A DNA stretch of 64,000 nt from Rebecca billardiae RCC1528 (lineage: Eukaryota; Protista; Haptophyta), in assembly GCA_965240325.2 (NCBI GenBank), contig OZ251227.1, forward strand, positions 2,170,001 to 2,234,000. Direction: 5' to 3'. Every line of letters begins with the position of its first letter. Position 1 is the stretch's first letter. This document shows, in pieces, positions 44,467 through 55,388 of this stretch. The notes under the pieces were generated by a model that saw only the letters and a program-made list of their open reading frames with translations, searched no databases and was not told where the DNA came from. A program made the translations under genes and the position numbers.

Positions 44467-45207
44467 CTAGACGGTCGACGAGCGCCCCTGCGGCGGGGTG
44501 CCTTCTCCCAGCAGCACGCCACCCTCGACGGCCCTGTCGATGGCTGCTGCGCGCACGGCGGAGAGCATGCGCGGCACCTCCTTCCGGATTTTGTTGTGCA
44601 CGATCGGCATGGGGAAGATGGGGCAAGGCATGGCCTCGACGTTGTACGAGAGCAGACAATGGCTGTTGGGCAGGTGGCGGAAGTCGTACTTCGCCTTGAA
44701 GTCAAGGAAGCCGTGCCCGGCGACGCGCTCGAGCGCGAGCTGCGAGTGGTACGCCTCGCGCACGGCGAGCCGCATGTCGCACTTCAGCCGCAGCTTCTTG
44801 CTCAGCAGCCCCACCTGCTCGAGCTCCGTGACGGGCCCGTTCCGCAGGATGCGCGTCGAGAGGATGTTGGGGATCAGCTCCGGATGCCTCTCGTAGTCAG
44901 TGATGAGGTCCCACACAGTGGCGAGCGGCGCCTCAATGCGCACGCTGCCAGTCGACGTGATCCCAAGCCCAAAATCAGTCAGCGCCGTCGTGAAGTCCAC
45001 GTTCGAGTCGCCGAAGCGCTCCGCGTTCGACGGCAACGTGAATGGCGACGGGACCAGCACGGCCCTCGGCGCCGCGCGCGCGCTGCGTGGCAGCCGGGTG
45101 GCCGCAGCTGTTGGTCGGCCGGCGAACGTGTGCGTGAACGGGAGACTGGTCGCGACGATGAGGAACGCCGAGCGCGCCGCGATGCGCGTGGCAGTGCGGA
45201 TCGACAT
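44467..45207 (-). CDS. SRPBCC/START-like (polyketide cyclase/Coq10-like) protein, probably plastid-targeted
   Basis: GSVRIEAPLATVWDLITDYERHPELIPNI motif and an N-terminal targeting-like region. Confidence 0.8.
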   Translation of the reverse strand: MSIRTATRIAARSAFLIVATSLPFTHTFAGRPTAAATRLPRSARAAPRAVLVPSPFTLPSNAERFGDSNVDFTTALTDFGLGITSTGSVRIEAPLATVWDLITDYERHPELIPNILSTRILRNGPVTELEQVGLLSKKLRLKCDMRLAVREAYHSQLALERVAGHGFLDFKAKYDFRHLPNSHCLLSYNVEAMPCPIFPMPIVHNKIRKEVPRMLSAVRAAAIDRAVEGGVLLGEGTPPQGRSSTV

Positions 45208-46068
45208 TGGCTCGCGGTTTCGCGCACGTGCGGTCGTGTCACGGGGACGCTTCGACGCTTCTCGGTCCAGATGGGCCGGCGGCCGACCGGGCCGATTCCG
45301 TAGGTGATTAACGCCGCGTAATTTTTGCACTGCCAGCGCGTGGGCCGCACGGCGCCGGGCTGGCCCAGTAAGATCCCTTCAAAAAGCCCACGAGCTCATG
45401 TTCAAGGGTAGTTTTCGCTTGCAGAAGCCTCGCCTGGGTACCCACGCGACTAGTGGTGATTGTTAGTGTGAGTGCACACCTTGTGCTCGAGCCGTCGGAG
45501 ATGCGGGAATCTCGCGCCCAAAGTTGGCAGACATAGGCGAAAGTCGACGAAATCGCATCAGGCATTGCGCCTAAAAACATTCGCGATCAGTCGCGAGGCC
45601 CATTTCCTATGAGCCTTTCAGGCTTTCCGAGCCTTTGATTGCCTTTGTACCGTTGGCAAATGATTTTTGAAAAGTCCGCGCCGTTTTTATTCATGCTGCA
45701 GGACTTCAACGTTCCGCCAGCAATCTCGCGCGAATTTTCGCCAGCACACTTATTGTACGGTGTACTGTCAGCCCTCATCCAGGCCTCGCAGGCGGACGGC
45801 TGAATGTCTCTTCCGACGGCGCTACCATCGGCGACGGCTTCATGGGCGGTGACAGTTTGGCGGGCGTCAATCTCGCCTGCCTGAGCTGTGTGCGCGTCTC
45901 TTAGTCTCAGTAAACTGTACCGAGTGCAAGACGCGACTGCTGACCGAACCCTGTGTGACATGTCGCAGCAACTCCGCGCGCTCTGCCGGGCGCGTCGAAA
46001 CTGCCCCCGAGCCTCCACCACCGCGGTAGCCTCGTGCCACGCGAGGGCGTGCCAGCCGTGGCGCTTGC

Positions 46069-47307
46069 TCAGTCCCAGTCGTCCGGCTCCGACGTCTGCA
46101 CAGGCCAGGTCGGGCAGTTCTCCGGATCGGCGTCTGCAAACGCCTCGTCGAGCGCGCTCTCCGCTGCGGGCGCGTCGGCAGCGTGAGGCGCCGCGAGGCG
46201 CTGGACCGCGCGGCGGCCGTGCTCGCTCGCCATGAATGCACGCAGGTTCGAGCCGAGCAGCTCCCGCCCTTTCATGAAGATATGCGGCGGGCTCGCCGCC
46301 GCCGACGCCACGCGCGGGTTCGCCACCGGCAGCAGCGTCTCGACCCGCTCCGACCCAAACTCCTCGTACAGCCGCGCGATGAGCTCGTCCTCGTGCGGCG
46401 CGCGGAAGTTGCGCACGCGGAGCCACAGGGCGTCGCGAAGCATGCCCATCTCCAGCTCCGACGGCAGCGACGCGTTGAACGGCCGCTCGAGCGCGGCCTC
46501 GACCAGCTGGCGCTGCGCGCGCGCCACGTCCGCGCCGTTGGCGTCGACGTGCGCGACCGCGGTCTGCACGGCGCGCTGCGTGTACCCGCCGAGGAACTCG
46601 GCGATCTGGTCGCCGAGCAGCGCGTCGAGCGAGAGCTTGGACGCGTCGACCAGCTGCTTGCGCATCGGCCCGATCAGAGGCAACGAGTTCACCAGCTGGC
46701 CGAGGATGTCGACGCTCTGCACGAACGCGAACAGCGCCTCGTACAGCACGCTGCCGAGCAGCCGCTCGGCCGCGCGCGAGCAGAGGACGTGGCGCACGAG
46801 GCCGCGCGAGTCGAGCTGGTCGACGACCTGGACCAGGTCTGTCGCCGCGTCCTCGCCGATCACGCTGCGCACCGGCCGCGTCTCGCGGCGGAGCTGCGTC
46901 TCGACGCGCGCCCACAGCCGCTGGTACTGCGCGTGCTGCCGGTCCCAGAACGAGTGGTCGAGGCGCACCGCCTCGAGGAGCGAGCGGAAGGTGGGCTCGG
47001 GCAGGACGTCGATCACGCGCTGGTCACGCAGCCACGACTCCACGGCGTCGAGCAGCGCGTCCGCGGCGCGACCGTCCGCGCCAGCGTCGGCAGCGCCGCC
47101 TTGTCTGGCGCCGTTGTTCGGCTCGGCGTCAGGGCCGAGCATGCGCGGCGTGGCCGCGCGCGGGGGCGCCAACGCCGGCATGCTGCTGCGGAAAGCGGAC
47201 CATCTGACGGCGTACGCGGAGCAAGCGACGAGCACGCTGGACCACGCCGCGCACCGCACCGCCCAGCGCAGCGCGGAGGACACGCCGCGCCGCGCCCTCA
47301 CGCCCAT
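46069..47307 (-). CDS. hypothetical secretory/plastid-targeted helical protein
   Basis: Long ORF with strong GC3 bias and a signal-peptide-like N-terminus. No family recognised. Confidence 0.7.
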   Translation of the reverse strand: MGVRARRGVSSALRWAVRCAAWSSVLVACSAYAVRWSAFRSSMPALAPPRAATPRMLGPDAEPNNGARQGGAADAGADGRAADALLDAVESWLRDQRVIDVLPEPTFRSLLEAVRLDHSFWDRQHAQYQRLWARVETQLRRETRPVRSVIGEDAATDLVQVVDQLDSRGLVRHVLCSRAAERLLGSVLYEALFAFVQSVDILGQLVNSLPLIGPMRKQLVDASKLSLDALLGDQIAEFLGGYTQRAVQTAVAHVDANGADVARAQRQLVEAALERPFNASLPSELEMGMLRDALWLRVRNFRAPHEDELIARLYEEFGSERVETLLPVANPRVASAAASPPHIFMKGRELLGSNLRAFMASEHGRRAVQRLAAPHAADAPAAESALDEAFADADPENCPTWPVQTSEPDDWD

Positions 47308-47479
47308 CGTGTTCGCGGCTTCGCCCTGGACCGATGCGCGCGCGAGCGGGTGGACGCACGGGCAAGTCAATTACGAGAATAATTGCGGCGGGCCCGTCGA
47401 AGAAGAGCCAAGAGCGAAATACACTCCCGTCGAGATCATCTTTTCCTTGGACACCGATCTTTTCATCACGGCCGCCATC

Positions 47480-48901
47480 ATGGAGCAGCTGCGCGCGCTC
47501 GAGCCCGCCGCGCTGGAGCTGCGCCAGCTGGTGCGCCTCGACCTGCGCAATGCCGGCCTGTCGCAGCTGCCGGCCGCGTTGCCCCTGTGCGGCCAGCTGG
47601 TGCACCTCGACGTCGGCGGCAACCCGCTCGCGTCGCTCGAGGGCATCGACGCGCTCCCGCGGCTGCGCATCCTCTTCGCGACCGGCTGCGGCCTCGGCCC
47701 AGTGCTGCCCCCAGGCGGGCCGCTCGCGCGCGCGGCGTCGATCTTCATGCTCTCGCTGAAGGAGAACGGGCTCACGCTGCTCGACGGTGACGCGCTCCCC
47801 CCCCATCTCGGCTGGCTGATCGCCACCTCGAACGAGATCGCCGAAATCCGCGCGCCGCTCCGGCTGCGCGCCGTGCGCAAGTGCATGCTCTCGCACAACC
47901 GGCTCACTGGCGAGGCGCTCGTGCCGCTCCTCGAGGCCGCTCCCGAGCTGCCCATGCTGCGCGTCGCGTGCAACGCCATCGAGCAGCTGCCGAGCGCGCT
48001 CCTCGAGCACCCGTCGCTCGCCTGGCTCGCGATCGGAGGCAACCCGTATGCGCGGCGCCAGCTCGAGCTGATGGCGGCCGAGCCGGCAGACGGGCGCGAG
48101 CTCGCGCCAATGCTCGATGCGGGCGCCGCATCCGAGCTCAGCGTCTCCGAGCACGAGCTCGGCCGCGGCTCCGGCGCCGTCGTGTACCGCGCCGAGCTGC
48201 GAGGCGCGCCAGTCGCGGTGAAGGAGTGGGCATCTGCGCACTTCTCGGACGGAGACGCGCGCGGGGAGTGGGCGGTCGCGCGGATGACGAGCGCGTGCGC
48301 GCACGTCGTGCGCACGCTCGCCGTGTTCGAAGCGCCGCGGCTCGGGATGTGCCTCGAGCTCCTCGAAGGCGCCGTCGCGGCGGGATCGCCGCCCTCCTTC
48401 GCGACAGTCGAGCGCGACGTGATCGACCCGGCCAAGCACGCGATGGGCGCGCACGCGGCGGCGCGCGTCGCGCTCGTCATCGCGCGCGCGTGCGCGTGGA
48501 TGCACGCGCGGGGGCTCACGCACGGCGACGTGTACCTGCACAACACGCTGCTCGTGCGCGGCCCGGCACTCGACGCGCGGCTCTCCGACTTTGGCGCGGC
48601 GAGCGCGTACGACCGCCTCGCACACGGCGCGGCGCTGCAGCACTTTGAGGCGCGCGCGTTTGGCTTCCTGCTCGAGGACCTGCTCGCGTGCGTGGATGGG
48701 GTGGAGGATCGCGCGGCGCGCGACGACGGGCTGGAGCGCGCGCTGCGCGCAATCGCCACGGAGTGCACGGCGCAGGGCAGCGTGCGCGCCGCGACCCGAC
48801 CCGACTTTGCCACGCTGTCGCAGCGGCTGGCGGTGCTGGTTGGTGAAGACGATTCCAGTGAAACCAACGCGCTGAGCGAGAGTCTCACTGGGCCTCGCTG
48901 A
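47480..48901 (+). CDS. LRR-containing protein kinase
   Basis: N-terminal LRRs, then LGRGSGAVVY, VAVK, HGDVYLHN, LSDFGAAS and RPDF. Confidence 0.88.
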   Translation: MEQLRALEPAALELRQLVRLDLRNAGLSQLPAALPLCGQLVHLDVGGNPLASLEGIDALPRLRILFATGCGLGPVLPPGGPLARAASIFMLSLKENGLTLLDGDALPPHLGWLIATSNEIAEIRAPLRLRAVRKCMLSHNRLTGEALVPLLEAAPELPMLRVACNAIEQLPSALLEHPSLAWLAIGGNPYARRQLELMAAEPADGRELAPMLDAGAASELSVSEHELGRGSGAVVYRAELRGAPVAVKEWASAHFSDGDARGEWAVARMTSACAHVVRTLAVFEAPRLGMCLELLEGAVAAGSPPSFATVERDVIDPAKHAMGAHAAARVALVIARACAWMHARGLTHGDVYLHNTLLVRGPALDARLSDFGAASAYDRLAHGAALQHFEARAFGFLLEDLLACVDGVEDRAARDDGLERALRAIATECTAQGSVRAATRPDFATLSQRLAVLVGEDDSSETNALSESLTGPR

Positions 48902-49363
48902 GCGAGCCTTTGTCTTTGTCTTTGAGTATGCTTACCGCGCTCGTAGCTACAGCGGTATAATTTGACTGACAGACTACGACTGATTAGCCGTAACTGCTCT
49001 GGCCTTATTCCGTCGGAAGAGTCTTCACCGGCAGGGCACCGCTAGTCAGTAGGCTGATTCACGGCCGTACGGTTACGTTTTAACTACACTGTATTATATT
49101 ATTTTAATACGTACGACTACGACGAATGGAGAGTGGGCCTGTGAGTGAGACGGCTGACGAAGACCCAGCAGCACTACTATTGCGATGTTGAATGTCAAAT
49201 TCTGAAGCCACCTTGTCGTCCGAGACCGAGTCGTCTCACATCTGTCGTGGCCGGAGGCCGTGGACAGACCGACTGCAGCCAGCTGCAGGCGGTGCTCGGA
49301 AGCCCTCACGTCAGCACGTCACGTGGAGCGCAGCGTGCGATACGGGCGGACCAACACGCGCTT

Positions 49364-50008
49364 CTAGTTGAAGTAGAGTCGGCTCACCAGCTCCGCGACG
49401 CACACGGGCTTGTCCACCGCGTCACACTCGAGCGCGACACGGATCACGTTCTCGTAACCCTCGGCGGTGCCGGGCAGGGGCGGCACGGGCTTGGCGGACA
49501 CGAGCGTGACGCGGCCGCGGATGCGCGAGCCGACCGGCAGCGGCGCCGGGAAGCGCACGCGGTTGAGGCCATAGTTCAGCCCTGTTGCCGCGTCCTTGAG
49601 CGGGGGCATCGCCTCGGTAGCCAGGAGGTAGGCGAGGCACAGCGTCAAGTTGCCGTGCGCGATCGGCCCGCCAAAGGGCGAGCCCAGCTCGCCGGCAGCG
49701 CGCCCATGGATCCACTGGGGGTCACCTGTCGTCAAAGCAAATGTGTCCACGCGATCTTGCGTCACGTCGAACCAGCCACTCACGCCCAGCTCAGCGCCAA
49801 TCTTGTCCTGCAGCTCGGTGCGGCTGATGGGCGCAGGCCGCGCAGGCCGTGCATGGTGGTCGATTCTGAGAGCGTCAAGGGGAGGAAGCGAGCGCACGTA
49901 CACACCACGTCCCATGGGAGACCCATCGTCGCCTGCGGGATCGACAGCACCGCCGCCGATGTGCGCAGAGATGGTGGTCAGGCGGCGCATTGCCGATGAC
50001 GACGCCAT
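49364..50008 (-). CDS. MaoC-like (hot-dog fold) dehydratase
   Basis: FALTTGDPQWIH, PFGGPIAHGNLTL and GLNYGLNRVRFPAPLPVGSRIR. Confidence 0.9.
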   Translation of the reverse strand: MASSSAMRRLTTISAHIGGGAVDPAGDDGSPMGRGVYVRSLPPLDALRIDHHARPARPAPISRTELQDKIGAELGVSGWFDVTQDRVDTFALTTGDPQWIHGRAAGELGSPFGGPIAHGNLTLCLAYLLATEAMPPLKDAATGLNYGLNRVRFPAPLPVGSRIRGRVTLVSAKPVPPLPGTAEGYENVIRVALECDAVDKPVCVAELVSRLYFN

Positions 50009-50154
50009 CGATGATGATATTTCGTCGGCGGAGCAGCGCAGCACGATTCACCACTCACGAGGCTCGTTCGTCAGAGCGCCGCATTGTTTTCTGCCACTAC
50101 CTGAGTCAGAGTACAGGTACGGTACAGTATGGGGATAACCGTGAGTGACAGTGG

Positions 50155-51852
50155 TTACCTCATGGCGCCGTCTGCTGGCGCGGGAGCGCCTGAGCTCGTG
50201 CTGGTGCCAACGGTGACAGGCGGCGACTCGGCATTGCTGTCCGTCTCGGCAAGCATGTGCCGTCCGAGGCGCTCTGGGTCGGTGCCTCGAAACAGCGTGC
50301 GCGACGTGCGCCACCGCCGCGCGCACGCGACGGCTGCGAGCGCAATACACACGCCGAGCAGCACGCCGCTGCCGCCCGCGATGGCGACGAGCGCCAGCCT
50401 GCCGCCGCCGGGCAGCAGGCCGCCGGCCCCGCCCGCGCCGCCGGCCCACACCGCGCACGTCTCGAGCCGGCCCATCGCGTAGTACGCGTGGTGCTGCAGC
50501 TCGGAGCCGTCCGCACACGCGTCCGTGCCGTTGCGCAGCGCCTCTGCGCCCAGCTCGACACAGCGCGCCTCGACGGCGCCACGCGGGCTCGAGCGCGCGA
50601 CGGTGCACAGCTGCGCGTCCGGCAGCAGCGGCGGGAGCGCTGGCGTCGCCTCCGGCGCGCGCAGGAAGCTCAGCAGCAGCGCGCGCACCACGTTGGGCGA
50701 GGCGGCGGTGAGGCCGTGAACCGCAAGCGCGCGCTCGGGCAGTTGGATGGAGGCGGCGCGCGCCGCGCCCTGCGCCGACAGCTGCGCAAAGCAGGTGCCC
50801 GTGAGCTCGCCCGCGCCGGGGCCGCCCGCCCTCGCCACACGCGCGGCGACCGAGCCGTTGTTCGCCGTCGAGAAGAACGGGTCGCGCTCGGAGATGAGCG
50901 CGAGCACAGGCGTGCCGTCGCCGCCGCCTCCGCCTGCGCTGCCGCGTGCGCTGCCGCCGCTCGCGCCCGCGCCAGCAAGGCCGCTTGCGGCCGAGCCGCA
51001 CTCGGCGTCGCACACGCGGGCGGCGGCAGCGCAGCCGACGAAGTAGTTATGCTCGCACGACCACTGCAGCACCACGCGCCCGGCCAGCGGGCCGTGTGCG
51101 CCCTCGTCCCAGCTGAACCCCGCCGCCGCCACGCCGCCCTCCGACTCGCCCGCGAGGAACCGTCTGCGCGCGCGCCGGAACGCGGCCGGCGCGCGAGCGA
51201 GCGCGCGCGCGAGCTCGCGGCGGCGCAGCTCGTGGATGCGCTCGTAGTAGGCGCGCCAGCCGCGTGGATCCAGCGCGATCGCCGCCGGATCGGACGCGTA
51301 GCAGCCGATCGGCCCGCCCCTCGAGAAGGGCGGGCAGCCGTCCGTGTACACGTTGTCCGCGCACCAAAACACGCCCTCGTCCGCAGGCGCGGCGCGGCCC
51401 TCCGCGGCGCGGGCGCGCTCGAGGGTGGCGGCGGCGAGGTCGGGCACGGGCGATCGCCACCGGAGGCCGAGCGCGTGGCCGGCCATCGAGTCCGGCGCGA
51501 GCACTGCGTAGCCTGCGGCTGCCATCATCATCAAGTACCGCCAATTGTCGTAGGTCAGACCACCCGAGCCGTGCATGAAGACGACCCATCCGCAGCCGCA
51601 GTCCAGGTCGGCGCCCAGCGGCACGTCCGCGACGCGACCGATCCACGTGCGCCGCGCGCCAGGCCGGTCGCGCGCATTGGGCTCCAGCCGGTTGGCGCGC
51701 GCGCACGCCTCGGGCAGCGCAATGAACGCGTGCTCGTATGCGTAGTCGTACTCGGCCGGATCCTGGGGCAGGCCCGGGAAGGTGTGCTCCTGGCCGTCAG
51801 CGGTGGACACTTTAAGCTCGGAGTCATAGGCGATACCGTCGCAAGGGCCCAT
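50155..51852 (-). CDS. alpha/beta hydrolase (dienelactone-hydrolase-like) with a C-terminal TM anchor
   Basis: VVFMHGSGG, AAAGYAVLAPDS, nucleophile elbow GESEGG, ERDPFF and a hydrophobic C-terminal helix. Confidence 0.75.
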   Translation of the reverse strand: MGPCDGIAYDSELKVSTADGQEHTFPGLPQDPAEYDYAYEHAFIALPEACARANRLEPNARDRPGARRTWIGRVADVPLGADLDCGCGWVVFMHGSGGLTYDNWRYLMMMAAAGYAVLAPDSMAGHALGLRWRSPVPDLAAATLERARAAEGRAAPADEGVFWCADNVYTDGCPPFSRGGPIGCYASDPAAIALDPRGWRAYYERIHELRRRELARALARAPAAFRRARRRFLAGESEGGVAAAGFSWDEGAHGPLAGRVVLQWSCEHNYFVGCAAAARVCDAECGSAASGLAGAGASGGSARGSAGGGGGDGTPVLALISERDPFFSTANNGSVAARVARAGGPGAGELTGTCFAQLSAQGAARAASIQLPERALAVHGLTAASPNVVRALLLSFLRAPEATPALPPLLPDAQLCTVARSSPRGAVEARCVELGAEALRNGTDACADGSELQHHAYYAMGRLETCAVWAGGAGGAGGLLPGGGRLALVAIAGGSGVLLGVCIALAAVACARRWRTSRTLFRGTDPERLGRHMLAETDSNAESPPVTVGTSTSSGAPAPADGAMR

Positions 51853-51968
51853 GCGGCGGGCTCTGTGGCCCACGCTGTCGCAGTGCTCGCCTCGCGCGGC
51901 GTCGTCGGTGCCTCGGTGGGCAGCCGCTCGGGGCGCGGCCGGACCCTTGCCCGACAAGTGTGGGGGTA

Positions 51969-52979
51969 ATGGCGGCGCCTCGTCGGTGTCGGGCGGTCGC
52001 TCTGCTGGTGTGGGTTGTGGCGCCCGTTGGGGTCGCCCACCCCATCGTGGAGCGCCTGTCCGACGGGACGGAGGCCATCTGGGAGGCGCCCGCGCATCAA
52101 GCACCTGCGGGCATCCTCCTCGCAGCGCACGGATGCTCGCACGCAGCCTCGGATTGGTGGGAGCACTCGGCGGCCTGCCGGCATTGCATCGGCCTGCCGG
52201 AGGAGCGCCGGATCGTGCGCGCGGCGCAGGCGCGCGGCCTGGTCGTTGTGGCCGTCACGTCTGCCGACCGGCTATCCGGCTGCTGGCGCCCACGAGTGGA
52301 TGTGCCGCGCGTGACGCGCGCTCTCGCACGAGTGCGCGAGCAGCTGGGCGGCGGCGGCTCTGGACTGCCGCTGTACGCACTGGGAGCGTCTTCTGGCGGC
52401 GCGCTCGCGCTGCAACTGCCGTTGTATGGCGTCCGGCTGCACGGGATCGTCTCGCAGGTGATGGCCGCGCGCCCGTCCAGCCTGCGCACGCGCGACGGCG
52501 CTCCGTTCCCGCCGACCATGTTTGTGCACATGCAGCGCGATGCCAACACGGCGGCGGCGGTCGCGCGCTGCGTGGAGTACCTGCGCGGCCAGCCCGGAGC
52601 TCTGCGCGTCGAAGCAGTGGTCGCGCCTCCGCTGCGCATCGGCCCGACCTTCTTCTCCGAGCGCATCGTCGGCATCACCCCACCGCAGTCGGCTGGGATG
52701 GTGAACGCGCTGCGGCGCGCCGGGTGGCTCGACGCAGACGGACTGCTCACAGCCGACCCGCGCCGCTCGCCGTGGCGCGAGGCCTTGCGTCCGCTCGCGG
52801 GCGGAGATACCCTGCGGGCGGACGAATCGCCGCTCAGTGAGGAGATGAATGTCGCCTGGGCGATGCACGAAATCACCGCCGACCAGATCGAGCACGCACT
52901 CGATTTTCTCCTCCGCCCAGCCCTGCCGGCAGGGCCAGCGACGGACGCGGCATCAAGCCATCATCATCCACTGAGTTAG
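51969..52979 (+). CDS. secreted alpha/beta hydrolase (plant/algal-type)
   Basis: Signal peptide, AHGCSH, C..CIGLPEE, GASSGG, FVHMQRD and EEMNVAWAMHE. Confidence 0.82.
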   Translation: MAAPRRCRAVALLVWVVAPVGVAHPIVERLSDGTEAIWEAPAHQAPAGILLAAHGCSHAASDWWEHSAACRHCIGLPEERRIVRAAQARGLVVVAVTSADRLSGCWRPRVDVPRVTRALARVREQLGGGGSGLPLYALGASSGGALALQLPLYGVRLHGIVSQVMAARPSSLRTRDGAPFPPTMFVHMQRDANTAAAVARCVEYLRGQPGALRVEAVVAPPLRIGPTFFSERIVGITPPQSAGMVNALRRAGWLDADGLLTADPRRSPWREALRPLAGGDTLRADESPLSEEMNVAWAMHEITADQIEHALDFLLRPALPAGPATDAASSHHHPLS

Positions 52980-53552
52980 GACTGATGTGATCGCAGAGTC
53001 ACATCGACGGTGACATCCTTATATATGACGAGAACTCTGACCTATTCGCGTACCCGTACCGTAGTGGCGGATGATGACTCTGAGTATATACTAGTTACTA
53101 CTCTCTCGGAGTACCGGGTGACTCGAAGGCATCGGAATCACTCCTGCTTAAATTATATATATATATATATATATATGTTATCCGCGTCGCGCGTGACTCC
53201 CGGACAATTCGCATTCGTTTAGATATTCTAACAGATGATGACTATCCGATGATTTATTCCGTGGCAGACGCGTGGGCATTCTCAGCCTGCGCCGTCCGTC
53301 ACGCCGTCCATAAACTAACTAACTTCCCGGACTCAGAGTCAGGCTGTGGTATTCGAGCAGTAGGGCTGTGAGTCCGATTAGCCGACGACGTCGTACTCGG
53401 CAGATACTGATTCATCAGATCATCCGTGCGCAGGGCTGGCTGGATTGACCCGCAATTATTATACTGCTATGATTTCACCAGGGGAGAACTAGGAATTTCA
53501 CGACATATCTCTGAGCCTGACGCTTGTCCGATTGGCTGCCACGTCGTCGTTA

Positions 53553-53699
<147 letters not shown>

Positions 53700-53796
53700 T
53701 ACAGCAGCAGACGTGAAACGGTGCACGGGTCTCCTGTCTTTAGGCCGCTCCGTGTAGCCTTTTGTAACTACTTTATTTAGAATTAGAGTTAGACTA

Positions 53797-54325
53797 CAGG
53801 CAATCGCGGGCAATAAGAAGTCAGAGATCTCACGGCTAGCCTCGGTTTCTTAGCCGTTCGGTAGGCCGAGCGCCTACGGAGGCTCAGTTTCTTAGCTAGG
53901 TCCGCCCGCCGCGCAGGCGCGGGGGGCGCAGGGGGGCAGAGCCCCCCGCTGAGTCTTTAGGCCCGGCCGGCGAGGCCGACGAAAATTTTGGGCCTTTTTG
54001 GAGCAAATCTGGCATGATGTGAGCAAATCTGGCATGATGTTGCATGGATGCTGCGGTGCACTGGCCAGGAGTCAGTCATCAGGAGAAGTCGGGACTTGGC
54101 CTGTACTCGTAGTCGGGCCGCGCGCCTCGTCCCCGACGCGGGCCGACTGCGCCTCGCCCTCGGCGGCGGACCACTCGTCAGCCGGGACGACGTAGTCCCG
54201 GTTTCTTAGTGTGACTATGCGTATAGCGAACCAGCCAATCGCTAGTCTCAGTTTCTAGGCCAGATCCGTAGATAGCAAGCCCCAGTTTCTTAACGTGACA
54301 GCTCCTTATTGCCCGCGATTGCCTG
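53797..54325. mobile_element. MITE family B (TIR CAGGCAATCGCGGGCAATAAG)
   Basis: 21-bp perfect TIRs, subterminal GTTTCTTAG motifs and an internal GGGGGGCAGAGCCCCCC hairpin. No clear TSD. Confidence 0.75.
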
Positions 54326-55388
54326 AATAGCAGTCTGCCTCACGCAGCAGGACCGCGTGACTTCGTCTCAAATCGTCGGCGCGGCAGAGTGCCCGTATTC
54401 CGTAACTTGGCGGTCCGACTAGGCTAAGTGTCAAAGTCTGGACAGTTAGTCCGTGCTGTCTGCTGTGCGGCCAGCCGATCGAATCACGAACTGCAGAATC
54501 GCCAATCGGCAACGGAACGCGGGCGTCGGTCCGCATGAGCGCGGCCGCTTGCCAGTGACCTTGACTGCTTGAGTTGCTGGAGCGCGATCCACCTAGGGGC
54601 AGTCCTAGGCTCGCATGGACCTGCTGTGCCCCGGTCGAGGGCGAGCGGGTGCAGGTCCGGATGTCAGCTGGCAGTCTCAGCCGCTGGTAGTAGCAGCTGG
54701 TCCGGTCCGAGGAGTTCATCCGTCCTGGGGCTGGGTCCAACCTACCAGCATCGATTTTCCGGACGGCGTCGACCGCTGGCGAGTGCTCGCGCCGAATCCT
54801 ACCGTCTACCGTTAGCCACCAGACAATAAAAGCGGTAGGGTCAACCGATAATACCGGTTCGATTTAGCCCAATACGAAAAATGGAAGCCTTGATGCAATA
54901 TTCGCGCGTGGACTTGCACGTCATGCAAGCCTACATAACCAAGTGCGTTCGTTCGGCGAATATCGCGATGTCTTCGTCATCGAATATTCGTGCCTCAAGA
55001 TCGCGCGTGATGCAAGCTCAATAACCAAGCCTGATCCGACCAGCGAACTTCAGAAACGGTGTGGGCGACTTCTTCGTTCCGAAGCGTGTCCACACGCGTG
55101 TTCTGATTGAGATCGCTCAAGTCCACGCCGTGTTTCTGATGAGACCGTGAGCGCATTAGCGTCGGTTCGTGGCTTCTGATTAGTGATGCGAACCGCTTTT
55201 TTGCGGTTCTATACCCCGTAGATCAACCAAGTGCATTCTCATTGGCCACACTTTTACCCAAACTACCCAAATATGTTTTCTGTCCAATCGGAGTGCGAGC
55301 ACGCCGACTAGTTCTTACCCAAGTCTGGCGAGCAGCCGCTGAACAACTACATTGAACCCAACGGGGCTCACCGCAACCCCGCCCAAAC

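Noticed and set aside
46232-47479. N-terminal extension of the 889-aa LRR-kinase ORF
   Set aside because: It is the antisense frame of the 46069-47307 gene. The kinase more plausibly starts at 47480.
54830-54875. tRNA-like GGTTCGA motif
   Set aside because: No cloverleaf could be built. The surrounding 54880-55240 region has only short degenerate repeats (ACCAAG, TTCTGAT).
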